A DNA stretch of 64,000 nt. Source: Azolla caroliniana (lineage: Eukaryota; Plantae; Polypodiophyta). The notes under the pieces were generated by a model that saw only the letters and a list, made by a program, of their open reading frames with translations, was not told the origin of the DNA and searched no databases. Shown piece after piece: positions 1 to 11,800 of this stretch (positions are counted from its first letter, which is position 1; each line of letters begins with the position of its first letter). The position numbers and the translations under genes are program-made. The stretch spans positions 14,570,001-14,634,000 of the forward strand of contig JBHGNT010000005.1 of the NCBI GenBank assembly GCA_043228905.1, in the 5' to 3' direction.

Positions 1-386
1 CTATTACGAAGATTATTTACTAAAATAAATGATATGTTTGCATTAAGACCATCACAATCAACTAAGTCCTTTATCGATGGATCATTACATATTCCATAAA
101 GTACTACCTTCTTTTCTTCATTGCTGATGTGCTTGGTTTGAACATTGAAATAGTCTACAACCTTTCTCTCTATGATGGTAGTCACATTACTTACATTCTC
201 AGCTAAACTATCCTTACCTTTACTGAGTGTGGCTTTCGTATCCTTCAACAATTGACGATGTTTCCTTTTTTTTTCGGCCCAATAGTTTCGTATGGCTTGT
301 TGTGTCCTGATAGCATCATCCCTATCCTTATGATAATTGAGGGGTAATTCTAAACACCCTTCTTCCCCTTCCATTTGGCTGGACAT
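1..386 (-). pseudogene. 5' part of a frameshifted ORF of unknown function, possibly DNA-transposon encoded; runs off the window edge
   Basis: ATG at 386 reads MSSQMEGEEGCLELPLNYHKDRDDAIRTQQAIRNYWAEKK. After a frameshift in the T run near 266-274 it stays open to the window edge (RKHRQLLKDTKATLSKGKD...). No domain recognised. Confidence 0.35.
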
Positions 387-717
387 GTTAAAACCCTAAA
401 TTTCCAGAAAAAAAAACAAGTATTTAAGATGGCTATGGGCAACAACAATACACAAAAATATTCCACAATACACAAGAGTAGACACAACAATACACAAGAT
501 AATCAATAGACAGAAAAGTTATTGCAATCCAAGACCGAACAGTAGAGGAGTTCACTCCGTTGGATCGAACAGTTGAGGAGGCGATCCAAGACCGACCAAT
601 GGCGACAACTGAGTGTAGAATGTTGCCGTTGGATGAGTGAACTCTGTCAAATCGAAATGTGGAAGCAATCCGGGACTGGACAATAGCGGCAATTGAGTGT
701 AGAATGATGGCAATGGA

Positions 718-1291
718 GGAGAGAACCCCGTTAGATTGAACAGTTACCGATGATGCTTGGAACGCACAGAGAAGGCACTTGAGAGTAGAGTGGCACAGAG
801 AAGAGAACCCCATCAGATTGAACAGCTCTTTGATGATGCTTGAATGCACAGTAGCGGCCCCTGAGTGTAGAGTGGCAAAGAGAAGAGAACCCCGTCAGAT
901 TGAACAGCTCTTTGAAGATGCTTGGAATGCACAGTAGCGGCCCCTGAGTGTAGAGTGGCACAGAGAAGAGAACCCCGTCAGATTGAACAACTCTTTGATG
1001 ATGCTTGGAACACACAGTAGCGGCCCCTGAGTGTAGAGTGGCACAGAGAAGAGAACCCCGTCAGATTGAACAGCTCTTTGATGATGCTAGGAATGCACAG
1101 TAGCGGCCCTTGAGTGTACAGTGGCACAGAGAAGAGAACCCCGTCAGATTGAACAGCTCTTTGATGATGCTTGGAATGCACAGTAGTGGCCCCTGAGTGT
1201 AGAGTGTCACAGAGAAGAGAGCCCCGTCAGATTGAGCAGCTCTTTGATGATGCTTGAACGCACAGTAGCGGCCCCTCAGTGTAGAGTGGCG
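718..1291. repeat. 83-bp tandem repeat, about 7 copies, with more degenerate copies at about 520-717
   Basis: AAGAGAACCC (or a one-base variant) recurs at 801, 883, 966, 1049, 1132 and 1215, a period of 82-83 bp. No unique spacers. Confidence 0.95.
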
Positions 1292-1569
1292 GCAGGTGGA
1301 CTCGATAGGGTTTAGCAACAGTGGTAGTAACTAACCCACAATACTCAACTAGAGATGGCCTACGTGATGTGGCAAAGGATCATGCATAATGGACCTAGGA
1401 ATTCGATATATAATTTATGGTACACATTTATGGTGCACACATCAATTTATGTTGCACATTTATGGCACTCATTTACATATGTAATTGAAACACTCTAGTA
1501 TTTTGAATGGTAGTTTTTTACATACTTAATTTATTAATGATGGCTTTTTACTAAAATGACTATTTATCA

Positions 1570-1640
1570 ATGGCTAATTGCATAGCTAATTAGCTATGTC
1601 AAGGACATAGCTAATTGTTTCCACTCGCATGCTTTCACCC
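1570..1640 (-). mobile_element. Putative DNA transposon (Mutator-like) terminus, copy 1
   Basis: TGTTTCCACTCGCATGCTTTCACCC nearly matches 18061-18085. Both are preceded by TAGCTAATTAGCTA motifs and abut truncated retroelement DNA. No partner TIR or TSD found. Confidence 0.45.
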
Positions 1641-1844
1641 ATAACTTAACACTAATTTGTCCATTTCACATGTAGTAAAATGCATTCGGAATCTCTTGAA
1701 GACATCCATCTTCTCGTACCAAGATATTAAGTTAATATAAAATAGTATCTTCACTACCATTGTTTCATGTATTGTGTGAAGAACCACACTCAATTTTGGA
1801 CATTCCTCACAATTTTCACACCATTGGCGAAAATCTTCACAACA
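1641..1844 (-). mobile_element. Truncated LTR end of the Ylt1-like (4-bp TSD) Gypsy family, inserted in a Copia gag
   Basis: Ends ...GGCGAAAATCTTCACAACA, like the LTR ends at 30346 and 56197. Followed by CCGG; interrupts the gag frame. Confidence 0.75.
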
Positions 1845-2714
1845 CCGGAATATCGAAACCCAGTTAACAACATTCTTGTTCTGGAACATGATTCCAATCT
1901 TCTCCCAGAGTTCATGAGCCTTACTTTCTTCATTGAAGTTGTTGTACAACGTCATGTTGATGAAGCACCGGATGTATGTCGTCGTCTTCATGTGCATCAC
2001 CTCCCACATTGTGGCGTTGATCTTATCCGGTCTCTTGTCCCCGAACTGAATCGGCAACCAAAGATCTTTGACCACCAGCATATCCCTTATCTTCGACTTC
2101 CACACTAAGTAGTTAGAGTCGGTGAGCTTGAACATGTCGCCGAACGATTCTTGCATTTTTTGTGTTGTTCGCTCTGATACCAGTTTGAGAGGAATAGCGC
2201 GGAATACTGCTCGGCCACAACCGAGTCTTGAATCACTTCTATAAGAGTGCAACACAGGAATGGGAATAGACGTACACACACAAGAGAGTACACATGATGT
2301 TTAGGTGGAAAACCCTGAATGGGAAAAACAACGGGAGCCCACAAACTCCAACTATCACTATGAAGAAAAGAGGGTACAATCAGAGACTCAGAGGCAACGA
2401 CCTCAAGCTCTATTTCTTCGCCAACGGGCGGTTACAACATAGTATTTCTCTGTATCTCACACTTTCTTCATATAGTAGTTAAGCACGTACAACAATATGA
2501 CAATGACAACAACAACATTTCAAAGTGATTGCCCTAAGTCATATTTATACTTATATAAACTTAGGGCTATTTACAAATATAGCCTCACTAGGCTTACTCA
2601 AAACATATTTACAAATATGTCGTCTCTTCTGGTTCCCACCGGTTCTCTTCCGGTTCTCACCAGGTCCTCTTTATTAATCACCGGATCCCATCCGGAGAGA
2701 CCGATTTCCCAACA
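1845..2714 (-). mobile_element. Truncated Copia: 5' LTR (2186-2714), Met PBS (2171-2182) and gag start
   Basis: GCTCTGATACCA is the reverse complement of the tRNA-iMet PBS. The TG...CA LTR resembles 38869-39470. Gag reads KLTDSNYLVWKSKIRDMLVVKDLW. Confidence 0.85.
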
Positions 2715-2806
2715 TAATCTGTCATCAAATTACATATTTATAATACACCATTGTCAATGTCTACAAAGCGCCTATAAATAGCTAAGCTCTTGTTGGTTGG
2801 TGGAAC

Positions 2807-3250
2807 TTATCTACATGTGTGATCCACATACCGAGCTCGATATGGTGTCCACAACCATGCAGATAGTTGGCAGCTCAATGTCTTGATCAAGTAGTTATTA
2901 GGCATTTCGTCGGGTACAATGAGACAACACATGTGAAGGTTGTAGTAATGTCGAAAATGTTCTGTATTGTCGGCATTATATTCGGGCCAGGTGTGCCAAA
3001 AATCAGAAAGTCTTTTGAATCTTGCAATATCCTGCTGCTCACATCTTTCTCGTGTCCACTAACCCTTGAAGTGTTGTCGTCACTTTGGGAAGAATCTTTC
3101 TACACACTTCCAAACATTTGAACGTGGTTTTTCACTCCAAATAAACAAATCAAAGTATTGCACAATCCACTCTAGAAATTGATTCGTGTTCCTCCTTGGT
3201 GTCATATATCGCACACTCATTAGCACTTTATCAAGCTCCAAGATCAACTT
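2807..3250 (-). pseudogene. Decayed FCP1-homology/NIF (HAD-superfamily phosphatase-like) domain
   Basis: Manual translation: KLILELDKVLMSVRYMTPRRNTNQFLEWIVQYFDLFIWSEKPRSNVWKCVERFFPK*RQHFKG*WTRERCEQQDIARFKRLSDFWHTWPEYNADNT... This follows the NIF pattern LxLDLDxxL...FL...F...IWS...W.R..C....K.L...W......NT, with two in-frame stops. Confidence 0.65.
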
Positions 3251-4719
3251 AGGCTCTTCTTTTGTCTTCTAATGGTTTAGGTTTCTATTCCTGCAATTGA
3301 GCCTCTGTTACACCAAGTATTGGTACCACACGATCAATTTCAATCAACTCAAGTTCTGTCGAAACAATTGATGTCCTTTTCCTCTTCAAACCCGTTATGG
3401 ACCGTGTCTTTGGGTCTGGCTTCACCTTGTTTTGCTCTTGTGTAGTCATTGGGCTTGGCTTCACACTGTTTTGCTCTTGTATAGTCGACCGTGTCATCAT
3501 TTTTGGCATTACCTCAGTGAATGTAGATACTTCTCTGGTTGATATCAGCCCAGTGGTATCACATGTTGCATCTACCTACAAAATCAGATAATCTGCGCAA
3601 CATGCTTGATCTACTTGCGTGACCACATCATTTGTGTCAATTGCTACTCCACATTCAAGATGGAGCCGTCTAAACACGCAACAACATCAATAGTTTCGAC
3701 ACCGCCATCGGCCTTAGGAGCAATAGATTCAAACCCTTTAGATTCTGCAACATCAGGAAACACCAACGTATTCACACTCACAAAGTAGCTAACAGTCTCA
3801 CAAAACAACATAATGAACATGAAATATTCTGCAACAAAATAATAATATTATCTTAATATCCATCATAGAGTTCCATTACATAATGTGGATCAAGCAACAA
3901 CCAATCTGAGGTGTTACTTGTCCAAATAGACCACAGGCCATCTTCATAATTTTCTAGGAAAATAGCTAACAATCATATCCCACTAATCAGTAATTGGTAG
4001 TAATTAGCTCCAATTCAAGAGCCCCTTGATCAAGTAACTGATCTTGTCCCCGATCGTGGCCCCTTCTTTAGCCTTTTTCTAGTTGGTTGCCCATTTAGCC
4101 TTGCATCTTTCACCCATTGCGCAAATGTGTCCTCCTTTGACAACATTTCCATCACCTCAGCAGCAACATGCACGTCAGCCGCGTCTTTTCAAGCACAATG
4201 GGATCTGGTGGGACATCATCAATAGTTGGGCTCAGTGGGGTTGAATCAAGGTTTTGGGATTCGAAGAAATTTTGCATCAAGTGTTCAAAAACAATGTTAT
4301 TATGAACCTCAGATTTACATACTTTTTCCAATATTTCATGGCTTTTCACAACGTTGCCTAATTTAGTACAATCTTCCATAGTATGAACCATACGTACCAT
4401 ATGTGCATTCGCATTTGCAAATGATTGAACCATTCGTGTAAGAAAAACACCCTCAAAGAATGATGAATACCATACTTTTGGATTAACTATTTATTATGAG
4501 GTAAATAAGCCTAAAAAATGGGAAAAACAAAAAAAAACATTAAAAAAATGGGAAAAAAACAAAAAAACACACAAGAATGTTTGAATAACATTCGCATTCG
4601 TTTTCCAACGTAGGAAAACGAATGTTATGCTAGATGAACACGAATTATACGTACTATGCAATCTTCCAAAAGAATAGGGTGGAGCTGATCTAAAGGAGAT
4701 GTGATAGCAGGAGTCTTAC

Positions 4720-4806
4720 TTTTAGCCATGTTGCCAGCTATCTCCTCATCGGTTGCGGTGTTATCAGCACCAGCTACCTCATTTAACCTCCTTAATCCAC
4801 GAGATT
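4720..4806 (-). pseudogene. 87-nt internal exon of the decayed RING/NIF gene
   Basis: Flanked by a TTGTAG acceptor and a GTAAG donor. It is open in phase 1 when joined to the 16374 donor (ESRGLRRLNEVAGADNTATDEEIAGNMAK). Confidence 0.55.
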
Positions 4807-4819
4807 CTACAACAACATG

Positions 4820-5282
4820 TTAGCTAATTAGAAGCTTCTCTTGTGTTTTTCTATGACCTTAGTTGAATTCTAAACATGATAACTAATTGGCTACATGGTA
4901 GGTAATTAGAAGCCACGCTTGATACTGTTTGATACTGCTACATCTTAGCTAAATAGCTATTCTTCTTAACTATGGCAGTAGCTAATTACCTATCACTCTT
5001 GATATTGCTTAGCTAATTAACTGTTGGACTATAGGCTGGCAGTAGCTAATTACCTACCACTTAGCTAATTAGCTAATTCTATGGTCTACTATCAACCTAT
5101 AGTCTAGCAACTAATTAGCTACGTTGGAAAACGAATGCGAATGTTATTCAAACATTCTTGTGTGTTTTTTTGTTTTTACCACTTAGCTAATTACCTATCA
5201 CTCTTGATATTGCTTAGCTAATTAGCTGCTAGACTATAGGCTGGCAGTAGCTAATTACCTACCACTTAGCTAATTAGCTAAT
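4820..5282. repeat. Array of palindromic TAGCTAATTAGCTA-type motifs; continues at 15082-15405 and 16104-16350
   Basis: Many exact and degenerate AGCTAATTAGCT copies, split by two LTR insertions. Confidence 0.9.
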
Positions 5283-5751
5283 TGTTATTCTCTAGCCGGA
5301 CAAGGCCTAACACAAGGTGTCACGGAGACACTTCACCAAAGGGTGATTACGGCATAGGATTAAGATTCAACGATTACACCGACTTACATAGGTTACACGA
5401 TTAGAATGCTTCGGTTAATTACACGCGTAAGATATAACAGTAATTATAGAACGGAAATCAAGACAGAAGTATAAACAACATAAGCTCTATTAATTATCCG
5501 CTCTCATTACAATGGGGTCCGGGCCTTTAAATAGGTTTCCGGCCCGTAGTACAAAACGGTGCCTCTCGCACCTATTCGGGATCCGTCCGGATCTGGAACG
5601 GCATACCGTTTCCAGTCCGTCCGTCCACACTATGCTCATTTACAACCATCTAATTAATTCCTTCACTCCGTATTTTGGACTCCTTGCCGGCCGGTAACAC
5701 ATGGCACGCCCGTGGGACAGTACCTTGTACGTCGAACCCTTCTCGGCCCCT

Positions 5752-8736
5752 TCATTGTTCACCCAAATTGTCCAAAATACTTGGTTCAAGAATTTCCACT
5801 TGTTCTTCCGGTTGTGGTTGTTGCGGCTGTGCTTCCTGCTGCTGCTGTGGTTGAGGTTGGGACTGAGGCTGCTCCGGCTGCTCTGCTTGCTGCTGCTGCT
5901 CCATTTGTTTCGCTGACTCCGGCTGCTCCGTTTGTCTCTCTGGCTCCGGCATCTCCGTTTGACTGCTTCCGGTCCGGTCTCCTTCCAGTAACGGTTCCTC
6001 ATCACTGAGGTTGACCGTAACTGGTTCTCGTTCTTTCTCTCCCCGGATCCGGGACCTCTCGTAGCTTTCAAACTGGATCTGCGCCTCCAGCCTGTCGTCG
6101 TCCAGCTGAGCTACAAGTTGCCGGACTTGCTCTAGTTGGTCCTCTGCCAAGGCTTGAAAGTCTTCGGCAAGCTCATCTCTTATGCCGGTGAAGTCTTCGG
6201 AAGTCAGCATATAGCAATCATCTCCCTCCTTCCGCCGGTTCTCTACGTCAGCCCGGAGCAATTGGAGTTCCGCCGCGTTCGTGGCCCACTTGGTCCACCA
6301 TTTGACGGAACCGTTGTCAATCAAGCTCTTGGTCTGGTTCAACCAGGCCCGCATTATATCTTGGATGCGACTTGCTCCCATTTGTGCTCTGCTTTCCACC
6401 ACTTGTCGCTCCTCCTTCAACTGCTTGATGAGATTTGCCGTATCCTCCGCCTGCTCTCTGTAGCGCGTCAGCTGCCCTTGATATGTCGTTTGCAGCCTCT
6501 GCAGTACCTCCGCCGCTCTTTCTTTTTCCGCCTGCTGTTGCCTGAGGAGCTCTGTCCGAACCTTCTCCGCCTCTTCCAACCGTCTTCTGTTTTCCGCTTG
6601 TTCCTTGGCGAATGCGGTTGCGGTCCGATCAACTGCTTGCCGGAGCTCATCCGTCCGTTCCTTGTGCTCCGTTTGCAACCGTTTATACTCCCGGTGCAAT
6701 TGCTCAAATTCCTCCGTTTTTTGTTTGAGCTTGCCGTTGATCTGGCGATGGTTCCGGTCCTCCCGGTCCTTTACCTGCCGGAGTTCCTCTTTCAGGCGCT
6801 CTACTTCTGTTTCGGCGTTCCTCCGGAGCCTCTCCTTCTCTTGCAGCATTTTCTCCTTCTCCTCCTTGAGCCGGTCGTACGCTTGGTGGCCTTTCCGTAA
6901 GCTCTCCTCGGCCCGGCGTAGATTCTCAGCAGTCTTTTTGAGTTCTTCCTCCGCTGCCGTCTTCAATTCTCTTTCGCGGCTCCTCAGCGCTTCTTGGGCA
7001 GCTAGCTCATCCTTTAAATCCGCAAGCTCTTGGGCTTGTGCCGCATTTCTCTCCGGAACGGTTTCCGTTGCCGGGGTCTGATTGCTATGTACAGGTTGAT
7101 CTGCCGCTTTATTCTGTACATTGCCCGGAGTCACCGGTGCTTGGACTTGTGTTGCCACAGCCACTTGAGCCCTGTCCAAGTCTTGTTCCAGGCTCCGGAT
7201 TCTGGACCGGGCCGTCTCTAGATCTACGGTTGTGACGAGCAACCGTTCCTGGTGCGCTCTCTCTTCCGCCTCTATATACTCGACCACTCCGGCGATTTGC
7301 TCGCCTACCCACCGTAGCCACATGCTACCGGTGCCTTGTTGCTGTACTGGTCGGGTCGGCTCATTCACTGTGGAATTGTCTGGCCTGAGTGCCTGCATAT
7401 GCCGTTCTGGTTCTACTCCTTGGCCGCCGTGTGTGCTGGCTGTGCTCGCCGGCTGTTGAGTTCCGGTTCTCGCCGTCTCCGGAGCCGTTGGAATGACTTC
7501 TTCTATAGAAGTCGCCAAGACCGGTTCCCTACGCACCGGTTCCGGTTCTTCCCTTGTGGTTTGCTCAGGTTGAGTTGGGGGCGTTTCTGCCTCTCGCGGG
7601 TACGACCGCTCCCCTCCTGTCTCGGCGGCCCTACTTCTTGACCGTCGTTGGAGGTGCTCTTCTGGCTCCTCCGTTTCCTCTTCCTGTGTCACGACATGTT
7701 TCTGTGCCGTCAAGGGTTCCGGTTCCTTCTGTCCCGGTCTCCGTATGGTTATCTTGACGGGTGGGACCGGTGACACCTCCTCCGGTTCTTGGACCCGTTT
7801 CTTCCCTCTCGTCGCCTTTGACGCCAGCAACTGCTGTCGTTTGGACGCCGGCTTCGAGGTGCTTCCTTCCGATACTCTTGGCCGCTTCTTTGGCTGGACG
7901 GTCTCGACCGGCGGCACGAGCAATGTTATCCACTGAGCTACGGCGTGCCACAACTTCCGGCCCTCCTTGCCGTCCTTCCCTCGTACCATGTCGATTGCCA
8001 TGCACAACCCGTCTGCAATCAACACCGGCCAGTCCACCTTGATCCCTTCATAGGTGGCTATGATCATCCCTGCCCGATTTTTTGGCATGACAGGGGGTCG
8101 GGGGTACACGTGACCGTACTCATGGAGCACTCGAGCTATCTCCCTGAATAGCGGATCTTCGCCGCCCTGCGTCCGATAGCCTTTGCCGGCAACAGAGTAC
8201 TCACCGAAATATCGGATGAGTTGCTCCGAGGTTGGGTTATCGATCTGAAAGATTCCTCCCTCCGGAAGGCCTGTTAGCGCGCGGATCGCTTCCTCGGTGA
8301 TGACCTCTGTGGCGAGCTCCTTGATGACCCGGTCGGCTTCTCTGTGCGGCGGTGCCTCCATGATGGCCAAGAACCCCTCCAGTCCGTTTTGCCTGAACCA
8401 TTTCCTGGCCGCTTCCGACAGCGTTTGTGGTTCCATGTCTGCTTCAAGGTCGAGGGAAGATGGTGAGGTAGAGTGGTGATGAGAGTGAGAGCGAGATAGA
8501 GAGCGTTCTGAGCGCGGGGGTTCTCTGCGTGCAGGTTCGCGTTTGCTCAGCTTCCACTGTCTTGGTGGTTCTGTGCTTCTTGGCTCGCGAAATGAAAAGG
8601 TCTCCATGCGTTCTGCTTCTTCTTTGTGCGTTTTGGCGCCTTTTTCGAGCATGCACACGTCGTGTACCAATTTAGTATTAAGTAGCGTGGCGCCTCTTAA
8701 ATGCCCACTACGTACCTTTTCGCGCCTTGCTTTCAC
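5752..8736 (-). CDS. Extra sense-strand ORF downstream of pol: globular N-terminal region plus long coiled coil and Q/E-rich tail
   Basis: 994-codon open frame between pol and the 3' LTR, with an E/K/R/Q-rich heptad region. The true start is probably an internal ATG. Confidence 0.85.
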   Translation of the reverse strand: MKARREKVRSGHLRGATLLNTKLVHDVCMLEKGAKTHKEEAERMETFSFREPRSTEPPRQWKLSKREPARREPPRSERSLSRSHSHHHSTSPSSLDLEADMEPQTLSEAARKWFRQNGLEGFLAIMEAPPHREADRVIKELATEVITEEAIRALTGLPEGGIFQIDNPTSEQLIRYFGEYSVAGKGYRTQGGEDPLFREIARVLHEYGHVYPRPPVMPKNRAGMIIATYEGIKVDWPVLIADGLCMAIDMVRGKDGKEGRKLWHAVAQWITLLVPPVETVQPKKRPRVSEGSTSKPASKRQQLLASKATRGKKRVQEPEEVSPVPPVKITIRRPGQKEPEPLTAQKHVVTQEEETEEPEEHLQRRSRSRAAETGGERSYPREAETPPTQPEQTTREEPEPVRREPVLATSIEEVIPTAPETARTGTQQPASTASTHGGQGVEPERHMQALRPDNSTVNEPTRPVQQQGTGSMWLRWVGEQIAGVVEYIEAEERAHQERLLVTTVDLETARSRIRSLEQDLDRAQVAVATQVQAPVTPGNVQNKAADQPVHSNQTPATETVPERNAAQAQELADLKDELAAQEALRSRERELKTAAEEELKKTAENLRRAEESLRKGHQAYDRLKEEKEKMLQEKERLRRNAETEVERLKEELRQVKDREDRNHRQINGKLKQKTEEFEQLHREYKRLQTEHKERTDELRQAVDRTATAFAKEQAENRRRLEEAEKVRTELLRQQQAEKERAAEVLQRLQTTYQGQLTRYREQAEDTANLIKQLKEERQVVESRAQMGASRIQDIMRAWLNQTKSLIDNGSVKWWTKWATNAAELQLLRADVENRRKEGDDCYMLTSEDFTGIRDELAEDFQALAEDQLEQVRQLVAQLDDDRLEAQIQFESYERSRIRGEKEREPVTVNLSDEEPLLEGDRTGSSQTEMPEPERQTEQPESAKQMEQQQQAEQPEQPQSQPQPQQQQEAQPQQPQPEEQVEILEPSILDNLGEQ

Positions 8737-8813
8737 ACCCGTTCATACCTCGATTTTTAATGTTTTATTTATTTATTTATTTATTTATAATTTTTTAATG
8801 ACGGTGTGTGACC

Positions 8814-11800
8814 TTACACATCCGTAGGTCCCTTCGGACCCTGACCGTTTTCCTTACGGGTTGCCGTGTCTTCCTTCGTCTCTACTACGGGTTCCCCGTC
8901 GTCTTTTTCTTCCGGATCGATCCGTACCGATCCCGGACAGGTTCCTGGTGTAGTGCCGGTGAGCTGCATAAACGGGTTCTTTGGCATCAGTCCTTTATAG
9001 GGCTTTAGTCGAAATCCATTCACCCACTTGCCTAGTACTTCCCCGGCAAGTGTCCCTATCTGATAGGACCCGTTGTATTGCCGTGTCAGCCAATACGGGC
9101 CTGTCCATCTGAACCGGAGTTTACCCGGCATCTTGCCCATCCTCGTTTGGAATACTAGCACCGGCTTTCCGATTTCGAACATCTTCTCATTACCTTTCCG
9201 GTGACGGTCAACGAACGCTTTCCGTCGTCGTTGCTCCAGTTCCATGTGTAGGATGCTGGCCAGCCGTTGCTCCTCCAGTTCGCATAGTGCTGCTAGCCGC
9301 ATTTCCTCCGACTTCTTTTCATTCAACCGTTCCCGTAGTTGGATCCGTAAGCTTGGTACCTGAAATTCCACCGGCATGACCGCTTCTAAGCCGAATGCTA
9401 ACCGGAACGGCGTTGTCCGGATACTTGTTTTGTATGCCGTTCTGTACGCCCATAGCGCGCTATGGAGCTTTGTATCCCAGTCCGTCCGGTTTTCGTTGAC
9501 GATTTTGCGGAGAATGTTCTGCAGCGTTTTGTTAGTGGACTCTGCTAACCCGTTCGCCTGTGGGTAGTACGGTGTGCTTCGTTTATGGACCACGGCATAG
9601 AACGTTGTTAAGCTTTCCACTACCTGGCCAAGGAAGTGGCCTCCTTGGTCGCTGATTAATTCAATCGGACATCCATACCGGCACCAAATGTTTTCGTACA
9701 GGAATTTTGCTGTGGATGACGCGGTGTTGTCTCTCAGGGCCTTAGCTTCCACCCATTTCGTGCAATAATCCGTTGCCACGATGACATAACGATTACCTGT
9801 TCTCATTGCCGGTGGCTTGAACGGTCCGACAAAATCCAACCCCCACTTCTGGAATGGCTCTAGTGGCAGTACCGGTTGGTGTGGCATCCGTGCTTGCTCC
9901 GTAGGCTGGCCCATTCGTTGGCATAGGTCACATTCCTTAGCATACTTGACGGCATCTTTTAGCGTCGTGGGCCACCATAAGCCGCTCTGCCATACCTTTC
10001 TTGCCGTCGCTTCCCCGGCATAGTGTCCTCCGGCAACCCCACAGTGTGCTTCTCGTAAGATTACTTCTTTCTCGTCACTACGGACTGCCCGTCTCCATAT
10101 TCCATCTGCTCCTTTGTGGTAGAGAGTGTCCCGTAACAGACAGAAATTGCGGTTCTGCACCGCCAGTCGTTTCCTCTCGTCCCGGTTCATTTCCTCCGGT
10201 GGCAGGCCCGTGCTTAGGAACTGGTGCATGTTTGTCAGCCATTTATCTTCTGATGACACCGTGTCGTCCGCTGCCGTTTCCGGGGTGATACGGAATAACT
10301 CCGCGTCCGGGAATTCATCCGCTACTCCGTCGCCTGGTTCTCCGGACTCTAACCGGCTCAGGTAGTCTGCTACGGCATGCTGGATACCGGGCCGGTGGAA
10401 AATCTCGAATTCGAACTCCTGCAACAGCAAGGTCCAACGGGCCAACTTACCGGTCAAGGACGCCTTGGAAACTAAGTAGAGGAGCGCCGAGTGATCCACA
10501 TGGAAGGAGAACTTCCTTCCCAATAGGTAATGACGAAACTTTGTTACACTGTAGATTATGCCCAGGGCCTCCCGTTCTGTCGTTGAATAGTTCTTTTCCG
10601 CTTGGGACAGCTTCCGGCTGGCGTAATATACCGGCCGGTACCATTTAGGCTCCGTAAGTTGCATTAAGGCGCTGCCAATAGCGATGTCGGAAGCGTCCAC
10701 GAACACATGAAATTCCTTGCTCCAATCCGGAGGCTGCACGACGGGTGCTTGCGACAAGAGTACCTTCAGGGCATTGTATGCCTTATCCTCCGTATCCGTC
10801 CATTGGAACGGTGTCCGATGTACCGCGGTGTGTAATGGTGTAGCCAAGTCAGCCAAGTGACGGAGCATCCTGCTGTGCCACCGGATCTGTCCTAAGAATC
10901 GGCTTAGTGCTTTGGCTGTTTTCGGTGCCGGTGCCCCTAGTATGGCGTTTACTTTGTCCGGGTCGACCGCAATGCCCTCCTTACTGACAATGTGTCCCAG
11001 CAATATTCCACTTGAAACTCCAAAGATGCATTTCGCTGGGTTTAAGCTTAGCCGGTATAACCTACACTTTTCAAGGCATAACCGTAGGTGCTGCAAATGG
11101 TCATTTCCCCGGCTATAGACTGCAAAATCATCCAGGAAAACTTGCATGAAGGCAGGAATGTATTCGCCGAAGATCTCCATGATGATTCTCTGGAAAGTTG
11201 CTGGTGCCGTTTTTAGGCCGAACATCATGACTTCGGCCACAAACACCCCCCATTCGGTGACGAACGCTGTCTTCTCCTGGTCGTCCGGGTGCATCCGAAT
11301 TTGATTGTACCCGCTGAACCCGTCTAGAAAGCTATAAACTTCATGACCGGCGACGGCATCCAGTACTCCGTTCGTGAACGGAAGAGGGAATGCATCCGTA
11401 ATTGTGGCGGCATTTAGTTTCCTGTAATCTACACACACACGGATTTTACCGTTCTTCTTGGGGACGACGACGATGGGGCTCAGCCACGTCGCTTTCTTTA
11501 CCGGCCGGATGAAGCCCACTCTTAGGAGTTTGTCGATTTCCTCCTTCACTTTGGCGGCGTAGTTGGGGTTCATTCGGTAACGTCGTTGCGCCACTGGTTT
11601 CGCGTCCTTGCCTAAGTGGATCTGATGCTGATATAATTGAGGGTCCAGCCCTCCCATGTCCTCGTATGACCAGGCGAATACGTCGCGAAACTCCGTGAGA
11701 AGTTTGATCATCGCCGCTTTATCTTCCGGCTTCATTTCTTTGGCGATGTGAACCGGCTTTGATTCGTCCTTGCTTCCTAGGTTCACTTCGTCGAGCTGGG

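Noticed and set aside
718-1291. CRISPR-like array
   Set aside because: Units are wholly repeated with no unique spacers, there are no cas genes, and the context is eukaryotic.
433-1318. Short ORFs over the tandem repeat
   Set aside because: They are by-products of the 83-bp periodicity.
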